Positions 9,668-19,926 of a DNA stretch of 64,000 nucleotides are shown here, piece by piece. Numbering within the stretch: position 1 is the stretch's first letter; every line of letters begins with the position of its first letter. A program made the translations under genes and the position numbers. Source of the stretch: Cyanophyceae cyanobacterium. Its GTDB lineage: Bacteria > Cyanobacteriota > Cyanobacteriia > Cyanobacteriales > JBHJGN01. Below the pieces are notes generated by a model. The model was not told the origin of the DNA. It made no database searches and saw only the letters and a program-made list of their open reading frames with translations. The stretch is taken from assembly GCA_050331735.1 (NCBI GenBank), contig JBHJGN010000014.1:11169-75168 (forward strand), in the 5' to 3' direction.

Positions 9668-10336
9668 ATGTATACAGAAAAGGAAATGGTCATGAAATTA
9701 ATTTCTTGGTTTAAACGGTTTCGTCTCAGACAAATTTTAACGGTGTTTTTAGCTAGCGCATTGCTATTTGTCAGCACAGCCTGTAGTGCAGTCAATGCCA
9801 CTAAAGCGAGCGATGTTCGAGAGGATTTGCCCCCAAGCGCCACTGATTCAACCGCGAAAGGAGGCATTAACGTCTACCCTGATACTGACCCCCGCAAAGA
9901 TACCTCTAGAGCAGATACCAAGGCTAAAGCTCTGATAGATAATGCAGAAAGCCAGGTAATTGACGAAAGTGGCGATGTCGTTGGTAACACCAAGCGTATT
10001 CTTGAAAAGAAAGGCGAAAACCTTAAAGAGGTGGGTCAAAACGCTAAAGAAGACGCGAGCAAAATTCCGTCAGCTACTCGCAATACCGCTCAAGAATTAT
10101 CAAATAAAGCTCAGAGTAACGTCGATGAAGCCGTTGATGCAACCCAAGAAGTCGGTCGCAAAGCTCAACGAGCTGCCGAAAACGCCTCTGGAAGCGCCAA
10201 ATCCGGCGTGAATCAAGCGGTTAAAAGCACTCAACGAGCCGTACAAGACGCTTCTGATGCTGTTCAATCTGGCGCTAATCAGGCGACGAAGAGCACCCAG
10301 CGAGCTTTGGAAGATACCGCTGATACTCTGAATTAA
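9668..10336 (+). CDS. Putative lipoprotein with LEA-like repeats (paralogous N-terminus to the upstream gene)
   Basis: LRQILTVFLASALLFVSTAC; A/K/Q/D-rich, 22-aa C-terminal repeat; start may be a downstream ATG (9686 or 9692). Confidence 0.75.
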   Translation: MYTEKEMVMKLISWFKRFRLRQILTVFLASALLFVSTACSAVNATKASDVREDLPPSATDSTAKGGINVYPDTDPRKDTSRADTKAKALIDNAESQVIDESGDVVGNTKRILEKKGENLKEVGQNAKEDASKIPSATRNTAQELSNKAQSNVDEAVDATQEVGRKAQRAAENASGSAKSGVNQAVKSTQRAVQDASDAVQSGANQATKSTQRALEDTADTLN

Positions 10337-10356
10337 CAAACTAATGACGAGCATAC

Positions 10357-10388
10357 AGGGCACTGGAGTGAGTCCATGCCCTCTTTTT
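10357..10388 (+). terminator. Probable intrinsic terminator
   Basis: AGGGCA-CTGGA..TCCA-TGCCCT stem followed by CTTTTT, about 20 nt after the stop at 10336. Confidence 0.7.
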
Positions 10389-10458
10389 GTATTTAGCGGC
10401 GGGGAAAGATAACTCCTGATAGAGCGATGATGCGTAGCCCCGACGCTCGTTAATAGCT

Positions 10459-10503
10459 GATGGTTGATGGCTCAACAAACATTCAACCATCAACCATCAA
10501 CAA
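10459..10503. repeat. STRR-like heptamer (AACCATC)n inverted pair
   Basis: TGATGGTTGATGG ... CAACCATCAACCATCAACAA between convergent genes; same heptamer at ~22745, ~50850-50895 and ~63172-63193. Confidence 0.6.
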
Positions 10504-10516
10504 GTAACGCAAAACC

Positions 10517-12346
10517 TCACTTCGGTTTATAAGTGGATGATACGTATAGCTCCTTGAGCTGTTTAGCAGCCACCGGAGAAGGAGCATCGGTAAGCAGAGA
10601 GCGGGCCTGTTGCGTCTTGGGAAAAGCAATCACGTCGCGAATCGATTTCTCCCCAGCAAGAAGCATCACCAAACGATCTAATCCGTAGGCAATGCCTCCG
10701 TGAGGCGGTGTTCCGTAGGTAAAGGCTTCTAGCAGAAAGCCGAATTGCTGGTAGGCTTCCTCGGTCGATAAGCCAATAATTTCAAAGACTTGCTCTTGAA
10801 TGTCCTGCTGATAAATCCGCAGGCTGCCACCCCCCACTTCGATGCCATTGTAGACCAAATCGTAGGCCAGGGCTCGCGCGTTTTTAAGTTTGCTCAAGGC
10901 AGCCGCCGGAGATTGCTCCGGCGGAACTTTGAGATCGTTAATATCGTCGGGATGGGGAGCCGTAAACGGATGGTGAAGAGCTTCAAAGCGCTTCTCGTCG
11001 GCATTCCATTCAAACATTGGAAAATCGGTAATCCAGACGAGGTTAATTTGGTCGGCATCAATTAACCCTAATTCTTGACCGATAAATAAGCGCAAGCGAT
11101 CTAAAGTTTTATTGACGATGCTGGCGTCTCCCGCTCCAAACAACAGCAGATGCCCTGGCTTTGCATCGGTGCGTTCTAACAGCTCCTGTTTTTGCTCAGG
11201 AGTGAGATTGTCTTTAATCGCGCCAATGGTATCAATTTCTCCGCCTTCTCGGACGCGAATATAGGCGATTCCCTTAGCGCCAGCGGCACTGGCTTCGCCA
11301 AACAGATCGCCACCGGGCTTGATGCGGACGTTAGAAATCGCTTCATTGCCACCAGGGATTGGCAGCACCTTCACTAAACCGCCGCTCTTAACGGCACCGG
11401 AAAAGACTTTAAAGCCAGAGTCTTGCACGATGTCGGAAACATCGACGAGCTCCAGCCCGAAACGGGTATCGGGTCGGTCGGTGCCGTAACGCGCTATCGC
11501 TTGCGCGTAGGTGAGGCGTGAAAATGGACGGGGCAGCTCGATATTTCTGACAGTCTTGAAAATATGGCAGACCAGCGCTTCGTTCAATTCAAGAATTTCT
11601 TCTTGAGACATGAAGCTCATTTCCATATCCAGTTGAGTAAATTCTGGCTGTCGGTCGGCGCGAAAATCCTCATCCCGAAAACAGCGAGCAATTTGGTAGT
11701 AGCGATCGAAACCAGACACCATTAGAATCTGCTTAAAGAGCTGCGGTGACTGAGGTAAAGCGTACCACTCACCAGGGTTAACGCGGGAAGGAACCAAATA
11801 GTCTCGCGCCCCCTCAGGAGTTGAACGGGTCAGAATCGGCGTTTCAATTTCAATAAAGCGATACTCGTCTTCGAGAAAGCGACGGACCGCTTTGACCACT
11901 TGGTGGCGAAGCTGGAGGTTCCGGTTCATGCGATCGCTTCTTAAATCGAGGTAGCGATACTTCAGCCGCAGTTCCTCTTTGACGGGTTCTGTCTCACCTC
12001 CCGACACCTGAATGGGAAGCTGATTGTGGACCTCGTTTAGAATTTCAAGAGAATCGGCATAAATTTCCACTTCTCCGGTAGGGAGTTTAGGGTTCAGAGA
12101 CTCCTCGGGACGCTGACTGACTCGACCAACGGCTCTGACTACATACTCGTTTCGTAGCGAATCTGCAATTTGGTAAGAAATCGGGGTCCGCTGGGGGTCG
12201 CTGACGATTTGAACAACGCCCGTGCGATCGCGCAGATCGATAAAAATCACCCCCCCGTGATCCCGTCGCCGATCGACCCAGCCGCAAATGTTCACCGTTT
12301 CGCCAATATGTTGAGCACGCAGTTCGCCGCAGTAGTGAGTTCGCAT
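10517..12346 (-). CDS. aspS: Aspartate--tRNA ligase
   Basis: [60 protein letters not shown]. Confidence 0.98.
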   Translation of the reverse strand: MRTHYCGELRAQHIGETVNICGWVDRRRDHGGVIFIDLRDRTGVVQIVSDPQRTPISYQIADSLRNEYVVRAVGRVSQRPEESLNPKLPTGEVEIYADSLEILNEVHNQLPIQVSGGETEPVKEELRLKYRYLDLRSDRMNRNLQLRHQVVKAVRRFLEDEYRFIEIETPILTRSTPEGARDYLVPSRVNPGEWYALPQSPQLFKQILMVSGFDRYYQIARCFRDEDFRADRQPEFTQLDMEMSFMSQEEILELNEALVCHIFKTVRNIELPRPFSRLTYAQAIARYGTDRPDTRFGLELVDVSDIVQDSGFKVFSGAVKSGGLVKVLPIPGGNEAISNVRIKPGGDLFGEASAAGAKGIAYIRVREGGEIDTIGAIKDNLTPEQKQELLERTDAKPGHLLLFGAGDASIVNKTLDRLRLFIGQELGLIDADQINLVWITDFPMFEWNADEKRFEALHHPFTAPHPDDINDLKVPPEQSPAAALSKLKNARALAYDLVYNGIEVGGGSLRIYQQDIQEQVFEIIGLSTEEAYQQFGFLLEAFTYGTPPHGGIAYGLDRLVMLLAGEKSIRDVIAFPKTQQARSLLTDAPSPVAAKQLKELYVSSTYKPK

Positions 12347-12499
12347 AGTCGCTGATTTAAACAGGCTTCAATATAGAGCTATCCATACTAACAAAGTATG
12401 ACACTCTTGCCCATTATCTAAGATTGTTAGTAGTTGTGTCGGACTGAAGTAACGAGCATTACTTAAAAATTGAGCTTTCCTGGCGTAGGAATAGAGCGT

Positions 12500-12964
12500 T
12501 TATTGAATCGGCTGCCAGTCATCGGGGTACAAATCCTTGTTCAGCAGAGTTCCCCAAGACCGATCAAAGGGATGGACTTCCTGAACCTGATTTCCTCCTC
12601 GATACACTGGACGATCTTCGTTGGCCCATTGAAAGATCGAGCCCTCTAAATTAAAGACATTCTCGTACCCCATTGCTGTCAACCGTTGAGCCAAATGAGC
12701 AGAACGATAGCCAATCGAACAATAAACAACAATCGGGGTGGAAGGATCTACTCCTTCCCTGGTGGATAAATCTTGAAGCTGAGCCGGAGCCAGTTGAGCC
12801 CCCGGAAGGTGACTGACGGCGTACTCTGGAGCAGTTCTAGCATCAAGAAGTAACGGCGGTTGTGCTGACCAGCTTGCTAACTGAGACGTTGACAAATGGC
12901 TAACGTCAGCAAATTGAATGTGAATGAGTAGCTTAATGGCGATCCAGCCAAAAATTTTAATCAT
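12500..12964 (-). CDS. Rhodanese-like domain protein
   Basis: LLDAR..EYAVSHLPGA, CSIGYRS, NLEGSIFQW. Confidence 0.88.
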   Translation of the reverse strand: MIKIFGWIAIKLLIHIQFADVSHLSTSQLASWSAQPPLLLDARTAPEYAVSHLPGAQLAPAQLQDLSTREGVDPSTPIVVYCSIGYRSAHLAQRLTAMGYENVFNLEGSIFQWANEDRPVYRGGNQVQEVHPFDRSWGTLLNKDLYPDDWQPIQ

Positions 12965-13173
12965 GCTCTATTTCTATGCTGTTTCAAAAAGATTTTTTCT
13001 AAGCTCGTCTGGCTCATAGCTTGACTGAGTTGCGCTGTACCTTTGGGGGACGTTCCCTTGTTCGAGATATCTCAGTATTTGAGTGGCTGAAGGTGAGAAC
13101 CGACAACAATCAGCAGTCAAGCAAGTCAAGAGCTTTGATTGGTTATCGTAGTCATATCCGACACTACCTGCGG

Positions 13174-14364
13174 CTACTTTAACTTTTCACATTCATTGTC
13201 AGCGGGCAGAGTTTGAGCAACGTCAAGAATCTCACGGGCAGCGCGATCGCAAACGCCCACTTCTCCCAGTTGCGCTCGCATCTGCTGGTAGTCGGCTAGT
13301 GTCTGTATTCTTCTGCGTTCGTCGAGCAAGAGGGCCAGAGATTCCTGCACAATTCTGGCGGGAGTGGCTTCTTCCTGAAGCAGTTCAGGAACAATCGGCT
13401 TCATCACTACTAAATTGGGCGGCGACATAAAAGGAACCGACAGCTTCAGCAGGCGACGCACCACCCACGCCGTTACCGGGTGAACTCGATACAGCACCAC
13501 CTGCGGCACATTAAGCAGGGCTGTTTCTAGATTGACCGTTCCCGATTTAGCGATCGCTAGATCCGCAGCGGCAAGCACTGCTAAGGTTTTCCCTTCAACT
13601 AGAGTTGCCCGTAGCCCCCACCGATTCACCGCGGCTTGAATCGTGCTGCGAAAGGAAGGGAGAGACACCGGAATCCAAAACTGTACCTGTGGCAAACGCT
13701 GCTGAATGTGACTGGCGACTTCGCAAATCACGGGCAGTAGATAGTTGAGTTCCTGTCGGCGAGAAGCAGGCAGCAGGGTGATCGCCATCTGTTCTGGCTC
13801 AATGCCTAGGGCCATCCGCGCTTCTGTTCGACTCGGCGCTGATTCTAGGCGATCGAGCAGCGGATGACCGACCCAACTCACCGCTACTCCTTGGTGACGA
13901 TAATAACGGGCCTCTTCGGGGAAAATGGCCAGTAAGCGATGGACAACGTGAGCAATCCGCTTCGCATTGCCTAATTGGGGAACCGCCCAGTCTTGGGGGG
14001 CAATATAGTAGACGATGGGAACCTGCGGTAGGCAGGTGTGCAGATAGCTGCTAATGGCCAGATTAGGTCCGGGGTAATCGATCAACACCAACACATCCGG
14101 CGGGTGTTGCCGCAGATAGCGTCTTGCCCGACGCTGAATTTGCCAGGTGGGAACCACAAACGGCAGCGCTTCTACTAAACCAACCGAGCCAATGCTGGTG
14201 GTGTTGCCGAGCAACGTTGCCCCGGCTGCCGCCATGCGATCGCCACCGAGAGCCAAAATTTCTAATCTTAGATCGAGGTCAGCAGCTTGACGCTGCAAAG
14301 CCTCAATGAGCATGGCTCCCTGCAAGTCTCCAGATACCTCACCGGTAGAAATAAAGATACGCAT
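13174..14364 (-). CDS. lpxB: Lipid-A-disaccharide synthase
   Basis: MRIFISTGEVSGDLQGA, YYIAPQ, VGHPL, LLPASRRQE, KSGTVNLE. Confidence 0.96.
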   Translation of the reverse strand: MRIFISTGEVSGDLQGAMLIEALQRQAADLDLRLEILALGGDRMAAAGATLLGNTTSIGSVGLVEALPFVVPTWQIQRRARRYLRQHPPDVLVLIDYPGPNLAISSYLHTCLPQVPIVYYIAPQDWAVPQLGNAKRIAHVVHRLLAIFPEEARYYRHQGVAVSWVGHPLLDRLESAPSRTEARMALGIEPEQMAITLLPASRRQELNYLLPVICEVASHIQQRLPQVQFWIPVSLPSFRSTIQAAVNRWGLRATLVEGKTLAVLAAADLAIAKSGTVNLETALLNVPQVVLYRVHPVTAWVVRRLLKLSVPFMSPPNLVVMKPIVPELLQEEATPARIVQESLALLLDERRRIQTLADYQQMRAQLGEVGVCDRAAREILDVAQTLPADNECEKLK

Positions 14365-14384
14365 AAACAAATCTCTTCGAGATT

Positions 14385-14640
14385 GGGGAAGCGCCGCAGG
14401 CGCAGGGAAAGAAGTTGCTCCGCAACGGGAAAAGGGGAAGGGGAAAGTTGCTCCGCAACGGGAAAATGGAAAAGGGGAAGGGGGAAAGGGAATAATTGAT
14501 TAGCTTCGTCCTCTATTAATCTTCTTGTCCTCTTTACCAGAAAAAGACGAGCATTTTGCCCGCTTTAGCTGCTGATTCTAGCTAAAGAAGTTTCCCCTTT
14601 TCCCGTCCCGCTAGGGACAAATTTCCCTTTTCCCGCAGCA
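14385..14640 (-). repeat. G/A-rich fold-back intergenic repeat (copy C)
   Basis: Tandem GGGAAAG(AAG)TTGCTCCGCAACGGGAAAA units, GCGCCGCAGGCGC and GTCCCGCTAGGGAC hairpins. Confidence 0.75.
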
Positions 14641-14648
14641 AAGCTGCT

Positions 14649-15461
14649 TTACCCGTCCCGCAGGGACTTGCCCGACCCGGGAATCAGCCCTCGTCTTTCC
14701 TGGGCGGTGGCAAGCTGCAAAAAGGTGCGCAGGTGCTGGAGGTGGGGGGTATCGGGGAGTAAGTTGAGCTGATCGAGGGCTTCATTGAGGGAAAGACCGG
14801 AGCGATACAGCAGGCGAAACGCTTTTTTGAGTAAATTTGTTTCAGCCGTTGTTAGTCCCCGGCGCTTGAGTCCCACCAGATTGAGCGATCGCACTCGGGC
14901 TGGATTTCCTTCCACCAGCATGAAAGGGGGAACATCACGATTGATGCGGCTCATCCCGCCAATCATAGACATTTTGCCAATATGAACAAACTGATGAATC
15001 CCCAGTACGCCGCTGATCGTTGCCTGGGATTCGATGGTGACGTGACCGGCTAGCGCCACACTATTAGAAATAATCGTCTGATCTTCAATGGCGCAGTTAT
15101 GGGCAATATGCACGTATGCCATCAGCAGATTGCCGTTACCGACTAGCGTCGCTTCGTTGGCGTTTGTGGCGCGATGAATGGTAACGTACTCGCGGATGGT
15201 GTTGCGATCGCCGATTCTCACCCAGCTATCTGCCCCCTGATACTTCAAATCTTGAGGTTCTACGCCGATAATCGCGCCGGGAAAGATCCGGTTACTGCTG
15301 CCTATTGCCGTTGGCCCCTCAATGACTGCATGGGCACCAATCGTTGTTTGCGCTCCAATCGTCACTTTTTCTCCAATCACGGCATAGGGACCGACCTGAA
15401 CTGACGGGTGCAGTTGGGCTTCAGGATGAATAACCGCAGTGGGGTGAATCAGCGTTTTCAA
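14649..15461 (-). CDS. lpxA: UDP-N-acetylglucosamine acyltransferase
   Basis: IHPTAVIHP hexapeptide repeats, PQDLKY, IREYVTIHRAT, MAYVHIAHNC. Confidence 0.97.
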   Translation of the reverse strand: MKTLIHPTAVIHPEAQLHPSVQVGPYAVIGEKVTIGAQTTIGAHAVIEGPTAIGSSNRIFPGAIIGVEPQDLKYQGADSWVRIGDRNTIREYVTIHRATNANEATLVGNGNLLMAYVHIAHNCAIEDQTIISNSVALAGHVTIESQATISGVLGIHQFVHIGKMSMIGGMSRINRDVPPFMLVEGNPARVRSLNLVGLKRRGLTTAETNLLKKAFRLLYRSGLSLNEALDQLNLLPDTPHLQHLRTFLQLATAQERRGLIPGSGKSLRDG

Positions 15462-15491
15462 GAGAGCATCTCCAAGGGTAGGTCACTTCGT

Positions 15492-15672
15492 GACGGGGAA
15501 GCGCCGGAGGCGCGGGGGAAAGGGAAATCTGTCCCTCCGGGACGGGGAAAGGGGAAACTGTCCCGGAGGAATGGAGAAGGAACACAGGACTAAGGAACAA
15601 GCTGATTTATTTCCCCTTTGCCCTTTACCCTTTTCCCGCGCCGGAGGCGCTATCCCGTTTCCCAGTCCCGCA
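15492..15672 (+). repeat. G/A-rich fold-back intergenic repeat (copy D)
   Basis: Core GAACACAGGACTAAGGAACAAGCTGATTTATTTCCCC; GCGCCGGAGGCGC present in both arms. Confidence 0.78.
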
Positions 15673-15682
15673 CTGAACTAGT

Positions 15683-16177
15683 CTAGTCGATAAGGGAAAA
15701 CAGCATTTCTCCTTCAACGGCTAGCTGATCGTCAACTAAGCCTTTGCCCTGCATTTTAGCAATCCGCTGGCGTTTGAAGGACAGGAGTTCAACTGTCATA
15801 ATGAGCTGATCGCCTGGAATGACCTGACGGCGAAACCGAGTTTTGTCGATGCCCGCGAAGGCAAAGAAACTGCCCTCCATGCCGGGAAGCTGTGTTAACA
15901 CGACTCCTCCGACCTGCGCCATAGCTTCTACCATTAAGACTCCCGGCATAATGGGACGACCGGGAATATGACCGGGAAAATAGGGTTCGTTGTAGGTGAC
16001 GTTTTTAAGGCCCACTGCGCGTTCTCCCGGGACGTACTCGATAATTCGATCGACGAGGGCAAACGGATAGCGATGAGGCAGTAACCTGTGAATATCGGCA
16101 ATGGTCAAGACTTGTGGAGAATTCTGATCGTCAGCGGACATAGACGGAGCAGTATTAACATCGGTATCTGTAGACAT
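15683..16177 (-). CDS. fabZ: 3-hydroxyacyl-ACP dehydratase
   Basis: [36 protein letters not shown]. Confidence 0.97.
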   Translation of the reverse strand: MSTDTDVNTAPSMSADDQNSPQVLTIADIHRLLPHRYPFALVDRIIEYVPGERAVGLKNVTYNEPYFPGHIPGRPIMPGVLMVEAMAQVGGVVLTQLPGMEGSFFAFAGIDKTRFRRQVIPGDQLIMTVELLSFKRQRIAKMQGKGLVDDQLAVEGEMLFSLID

Positions 16178-16197
16178 GAATTTTTTGGAGTTGTAAG

Positions 16198-17037
16198 CTA
16201 GACGTTTAGAGGGGCTTGGAGTTGCGCTTGCATCAACTGATCAAGCTGGACGTGCAGCTGATGGCTTGCCCTATAGCCAAGAAAATGGGCTTGGGGAAAC
16301 CTGCCGAGTAAGCTGAGGTCTCCCATTAAGTCTAAGAGTTTGTGCCGGACTGGCTCGTTGACAAATCTTAGCGGAGGATTCAGCCATCCTGTGCGATCGC
16401 AGACCAGGGCATTTTCTAAACTACCGCCTTTAATTAAACCACGTGCTCGCAATGCTTCGATCTGCTCGGCAAAACCAAAGGTCCGCGCTGGGGCAATCTC
16501 AGTGGCGAAATCCCCAGACGAGGGACTCCAGCTATGCCACTGGTTGCCAATAGCTGCATACGGAAAATCGATGCCGTAGGTAAAGCGCGTTTCTGGTGCA
16601 GGTAAAGCGGCGACAAAAGCCTCCTCTTGGCAAATCCACAGGGGGGTGGTAAGCCTGAGCCTCCTGATCGCTTGGTTTTGGAGGGCAATTCCAGCAGCAG
16701 CAATAGCCGCGACCCATTCTCGGGCGGAACCGTCGAGTAAGGGCACTTCCGGGCCATCGATTTCGATGCGGGCGTTGTCTATGCCCATCGCGCCTAAAGC
16801 CGCTAAGAGATGCTCGACAGTACGGACTTTGGCGTTTCCCTGAGCTAGTTCGGTCGAGAGGGTCGTCTGACAAACCGCTTGGGGACGAGCCGGGATGGCA
16901 GGAGTGCCGGGTAAATCGACTCGAACAAAGTATCGCCCTTCATCCACCGACGCTGGCACGACTCGGACCTTTGTCTTAAGACCCCCATGTAAGCCAACTC
17001 CGGAGAGCGTAAACGAGGATTGAAGCGTTTGCTGCAT
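16198..17037 (-). CDS. lpxC: UDP-3-O-acyl-N-acetylglucosamine deacetylase
   Basis: [47 protein letters not shown]; start reassigned to ATG 17037. Confidence 0.96.
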   Translation of the reverse strand: MQQTLQSSFTLSGVGLHGGLKTKVRVVPASVDEGRYFVRVDLPGTPAIPARPQAVCQTTLSTELAQGNAKVRTVEHLLAALGAMGIDNARIEIDGPEVPLLDGSAREWVAAIAAAGIALQNQAIRRLRLTTPLWICQEEAFVAALPAPETRFTYGIDFPYAAIGNQWHSWSPSSGDFATEIAPARTFGFAEQIEALRARGLIKGGSLENALVCDRTGWLNPPLRFVNEPVRHKLLDLMGDLSLLGRFPQAHFLGYRASHQLHVQLDQLMQAQLQAPLNV

Positions 17038-17074
17038 AGCTAGAAATTTGAGTTTAGCGCTAGCGGAGTCTAGT

Positions 17075-19411
17075 TTAAAACTTTTCTCCAATCCCAAATT
17101 CTATTTCAGAATCGCCTTCATCGTTGATGGCGTAGTCGATCCGAATCGGCCCTAACGGTGACTGGACCCGAACTCCAGCGCCGTAACCGAAGCCACTTCC
17201 GGGCAGATCGCGGATTTCTGACGGGTTGCCGGGGACGTCATCGCCAGACCCCAGGGTGGTTCCATAGTCGAAGAAGAGTGCTCCCCCAACAACAGAAAAG
17301 ATCGGAAAGCGATACTCCGCCGTTGCCTGGAGAAAATAGCGTCCACTGCCCACTTCTCCTTCAGGATAGCCCCGCACCGAGTTACTGCCGCCGACCACAA
17401 ACGCTTCATAAGGCGGCAAATCGCCAAGGACGGTTCCGGCCTGCACGTTAAAGGCAATCGTCTGCGGTCCTTCGGTGAAGTTAATGAAGCTGACCGGGAT
17501 GAAGTAGCTATAGTTCCCGCGCAACCGAGTCAGAAAGATGTTGCCGGAGCCAATGGGGATACTTTGGTCAAGACCTAACCGGGCAAAAGAGCCGCTCGTG
17601 GGCCGCAGGGGGTCGTCGCGGCGATCGCGCACCGCTCCAAACCGCAGCAGGAAGAGGTCGTCTGTGCCGTCGTCGCTAAAGGCCAGATTAATGTTATCGC
17701 TGTCGTCGTTGGCTTCCTCGGCAATGTCGCCGTCGGAATTGGTCACAGCAACTCGCTGGTACTGGAACCCCGCCGAGAGTCGCCAATCTGGTTCGGCGAA
17801 GGGATTAGCCGGAATCGGTCGGGTGAAATTAATCCCGCCTCCGGTGCGCCTGATCCGGGGGCGGTCATCGCCATCATCGGTTCTAATGTCGTCCTCGTCT
17901 CCGTCGTAGACTAGAGAAATAGAGCGTCGCCGGAAGACATTGACCGTATAGGCGGTGCGATAGGGGTCTCCGGCAATCCAGGGGTCGGTAAAGCTGGCAT
18001 CAAACAGCAGCTCCCGCGTACCGAGCTGAAACTCAGCCGCCAGGGTTTGGTTGTTGCCGCCGAGGTTCCGCTGCTGATAGCTAATCGAACCGAACAGTCC
18101 GCTTGCTGAGCTAATCCCAGCACCGGCGGCGAGGGAACCTGAACTGCCTTCGACGGCATCGATGTTAACGACGACTCGGCGGGGGTCTGAACCGGGCTCA
18201 AAGGCCAACCGCACATCTTCAAATAACCCCAACCCAAACACTCTCTGTAAATCGGCTTGGGCCGTGTTGCGGTTAAACACGTCCCCAGGCTCGAGCTGGA
18301 GTTCTCGCGTCACGATAAAGTCGCGGGTTCTGCCTTCGGTGGGTTCGTCTTCTTCATCAAAAAATCTTACCTGAATGTCTTCAATGACTCCTTCTGCTAC
18401 AACTAGCGTCACCGTGCCGTCTTCCTCCACTTCTGGGGCTCCTACGACCTGGGCAAGGTCGTAGCCGTTCTCTGTGTACCACTCGTTGAGTTCGGCGACA
18501 TCGCTTTGTAGTTCCTGCAAGTTAAGAATTTCGCCGTACTGGTCGCCAAAAATTTCGTCTACCACTTCCGGGGGCAACACGCGAGCCTCGGCACTTTCTG
18601 GGACGGTTTGAACATCGACCTCACTCAACACCGGGTTTGGCTCGACCGCAAAGGTAATCCGGACGCCGAGAGGGGTGTCTTCGGGAATCACTCTGACGTT
18701 GGCGAAAAAGCCTGTAGCATAGACGGCATTGATGTCTTCTTGAAGTTGCGATCGCGTGGTGGTTCGTCCCGGCTGAGTGCTGATGGTGCTGTAGACTAAA
18801 TCTTCTAACTCTCCTTCGGCACCCGCAACCTCTACTTCTCCCACCAGGACTCGCGGCTCCTGTGCTGGAGCTGGTTCTTCAGTCGGAGGAACGACTTCAA
18901 AGGTAGCTGGGGGGTCAGGAGCTGGTTCAGTGGGGGGGACAGGGTCCGCCGGAGGTTGTGCTGGTGGGGAAGCGGGATCTGTTGGTTCCTCCTCCTCCGG
19001 CACTGGCTCAGGAGCCGGGGTGACTGGCTCGGTAGGCGGAACGTCACCTGGGGCGGGGTCTGATGGCTCAGGAAACGACTCCTGCGCCACAATTAACGCT
19101 GCTTCTGGTCGCGTTACCTCATTGGTATGGGACATAGGAACCAGCTCGGACGGAGCAACATCCATGCCTGAAGAACTCAAAAGCGCTTCCTGACGAGGAC
19201 GACTGGACACAAGATCTAAATCTAGCTCTATCTCCTGGGTTGGTGCTTGCTGACGCTCTGCATCTCTCTCTTTGCCAATCGCTTCCGCTGCTGCAAAAAC
19301 GGTCTTGGTGGTTTCGACCGCTGCTACACGAGGAGACAAAGCGACAGAAAATGCCAGCAGCGAGGCTAGCGCAGGAGTAATCCGCAGTTTGTTTGTTATT
19401 GCCACTTCCAC
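17075..19411 (-). CDS. bamA: Omp85/BamA outer membrane assembly protein
   Basis: Pro/Glu-rich N-terminal linker, POTRA domains, [21 protein letters not shown]-terminal GEKF; exact start uncertain. Confidence 0.93.
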   Translation of the reverse strand: MEVAITNKLRITPALASLLAFSVALSPRVAAVETTKTVFAAAEAIGKERDAERQQAPTQEIELDLDLVSSRPRQEALLSSSGMDVAPSELVPMSHTNEVTRPEAALIVAQESFPEPSDPAPGDVPPTEPVTPAPEPVPEEEEPTDPASPPAQPPADPVPPTEPAPDPPATFEVVPPTEEPAPAQEPRVLVGEVEVAGAEGELEDLVYSTISTQPGRTTTRSQLQEDINAVYATGFFANVRVIPEDTPLGVRITFAVEPNPVLSEVDVQTVPESAEARVLPPEVVDEIFGDQYGEILNLQELQSDVAELNEWYTENGYDLAQVVGAPEVEEDGTVTLVVAEGVIEDIQVRFFDEEDEPTEGRTRDFIVTRELQLEPGDVFNRNTAQADLQRVFGLGLFEDVRLAFEPGSDPRRVVVNIDAVEGSSGSLAAGAGISSASGLFGSISYQQRNLGGNNQTLAAEFQLGTRELLFDASFTDPWIAGDPYRTAYTVNVFRRRSISLVYDGDEDDIRTDDGDDRPRIRRTGGGINFTRPIPANPFAEPDWRLSAGFQYQRVAVTNSDGDIAEEANDDSDNINLAFSDDGTDDLFLLRFGAVRDRRDDPLRPTSGSFARLGLDQSIPIGSGNIFLTRLRGNYSYFIPVSFINFTEGPQTIAFNVQAGTVLGDLPPYEAFVVGGSNSVRGYPEGEVGSGRYFLQATAEYRFPIFSVVGGALFFDYGTTLGSGDDVPGNPSEIRDLPGSGFGYGAGVRVQSPLGPIRIDYAINDEGDSEIEFGIGEKF

Positions 19412-19625
19412 ACACCCAAAAGCAATACGTTGTTTTTCATCCGTTGTTTATTATTGACTAAGTTAGGGACAACAGACTACTAAATGGTCAGATTCAGTTC
19501 CTCTGCGAGGAAGCCCCTTCCGTTCTCAGATAGGATGTCTCTCCCCTCGTGCTGTTTAATTTATTGCTAAATTGTCAAAGATTTGTTCAATGAGGCAGCA
19601 GTTCAGGAATATTGACCGTTTTCCC

Positions 19626-19652
19626 TAGACTCTTCTGCGGTGGAAAGGTTCC
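19626..19652 (-). promoter_or_regulatory. Putative ECF-sigma promoter (GGAAC-N17-GTCTA)
   Basis: Minus strand reads GGAAC ctttccaccgcagaaga GTCTA, about 215 nt upstream of bamA. Confidence 0.55.
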
Positions 19653-19875
19653 CCTCCAAACAGCGCTCAGTTGAGCAATAAACAGGTCAGCCGATTGCTG
19701 GAGGAGCATCCCTATTTTGCGAATTGCCCTCAGACTATCAGTTTGAGGCTCCAAAAAACAAAGCCTGTCTACGTCGGCTGACGCATGTTAGTGTTGCCGC
19801 GATTTTTAATTGCCGGGTATCTTTTGATCTGGCTGGTCATTGTTGATTGTGAGGGCGTAGTTCTGAGGTCTTCAA

Positions 19876-19900
19876 CTCCTGCGGAGACGCTTCGCGAACG
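19876..19900 (-). repeat. Small dispersed repeat (SDR-like)
   Basis: Minus strand CGTTCGCGAAGCGTCTCCGCAGGAG resembles short cyanobacterial dispersed repeats; single copy in this window. Confidence 0.4.
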
Positions 19901-19926
19901 GAACGTAAGCCTGCCCGAATTGTTGA

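Noticed and set aside
14385..14490. Tandem GTTGCTCCGCAAC units as a possible CRISPR array
   Set aside because: Only two units, separated by low-complexity G/A tracts rather than unique spacers; no cas genes in the window
18850..19080. Pro/Glu-rich repetitive stretch in bamA
   Set aside because: Pro-rich N-terminal linkers are usual in cyanobacterial Omp85 proteins
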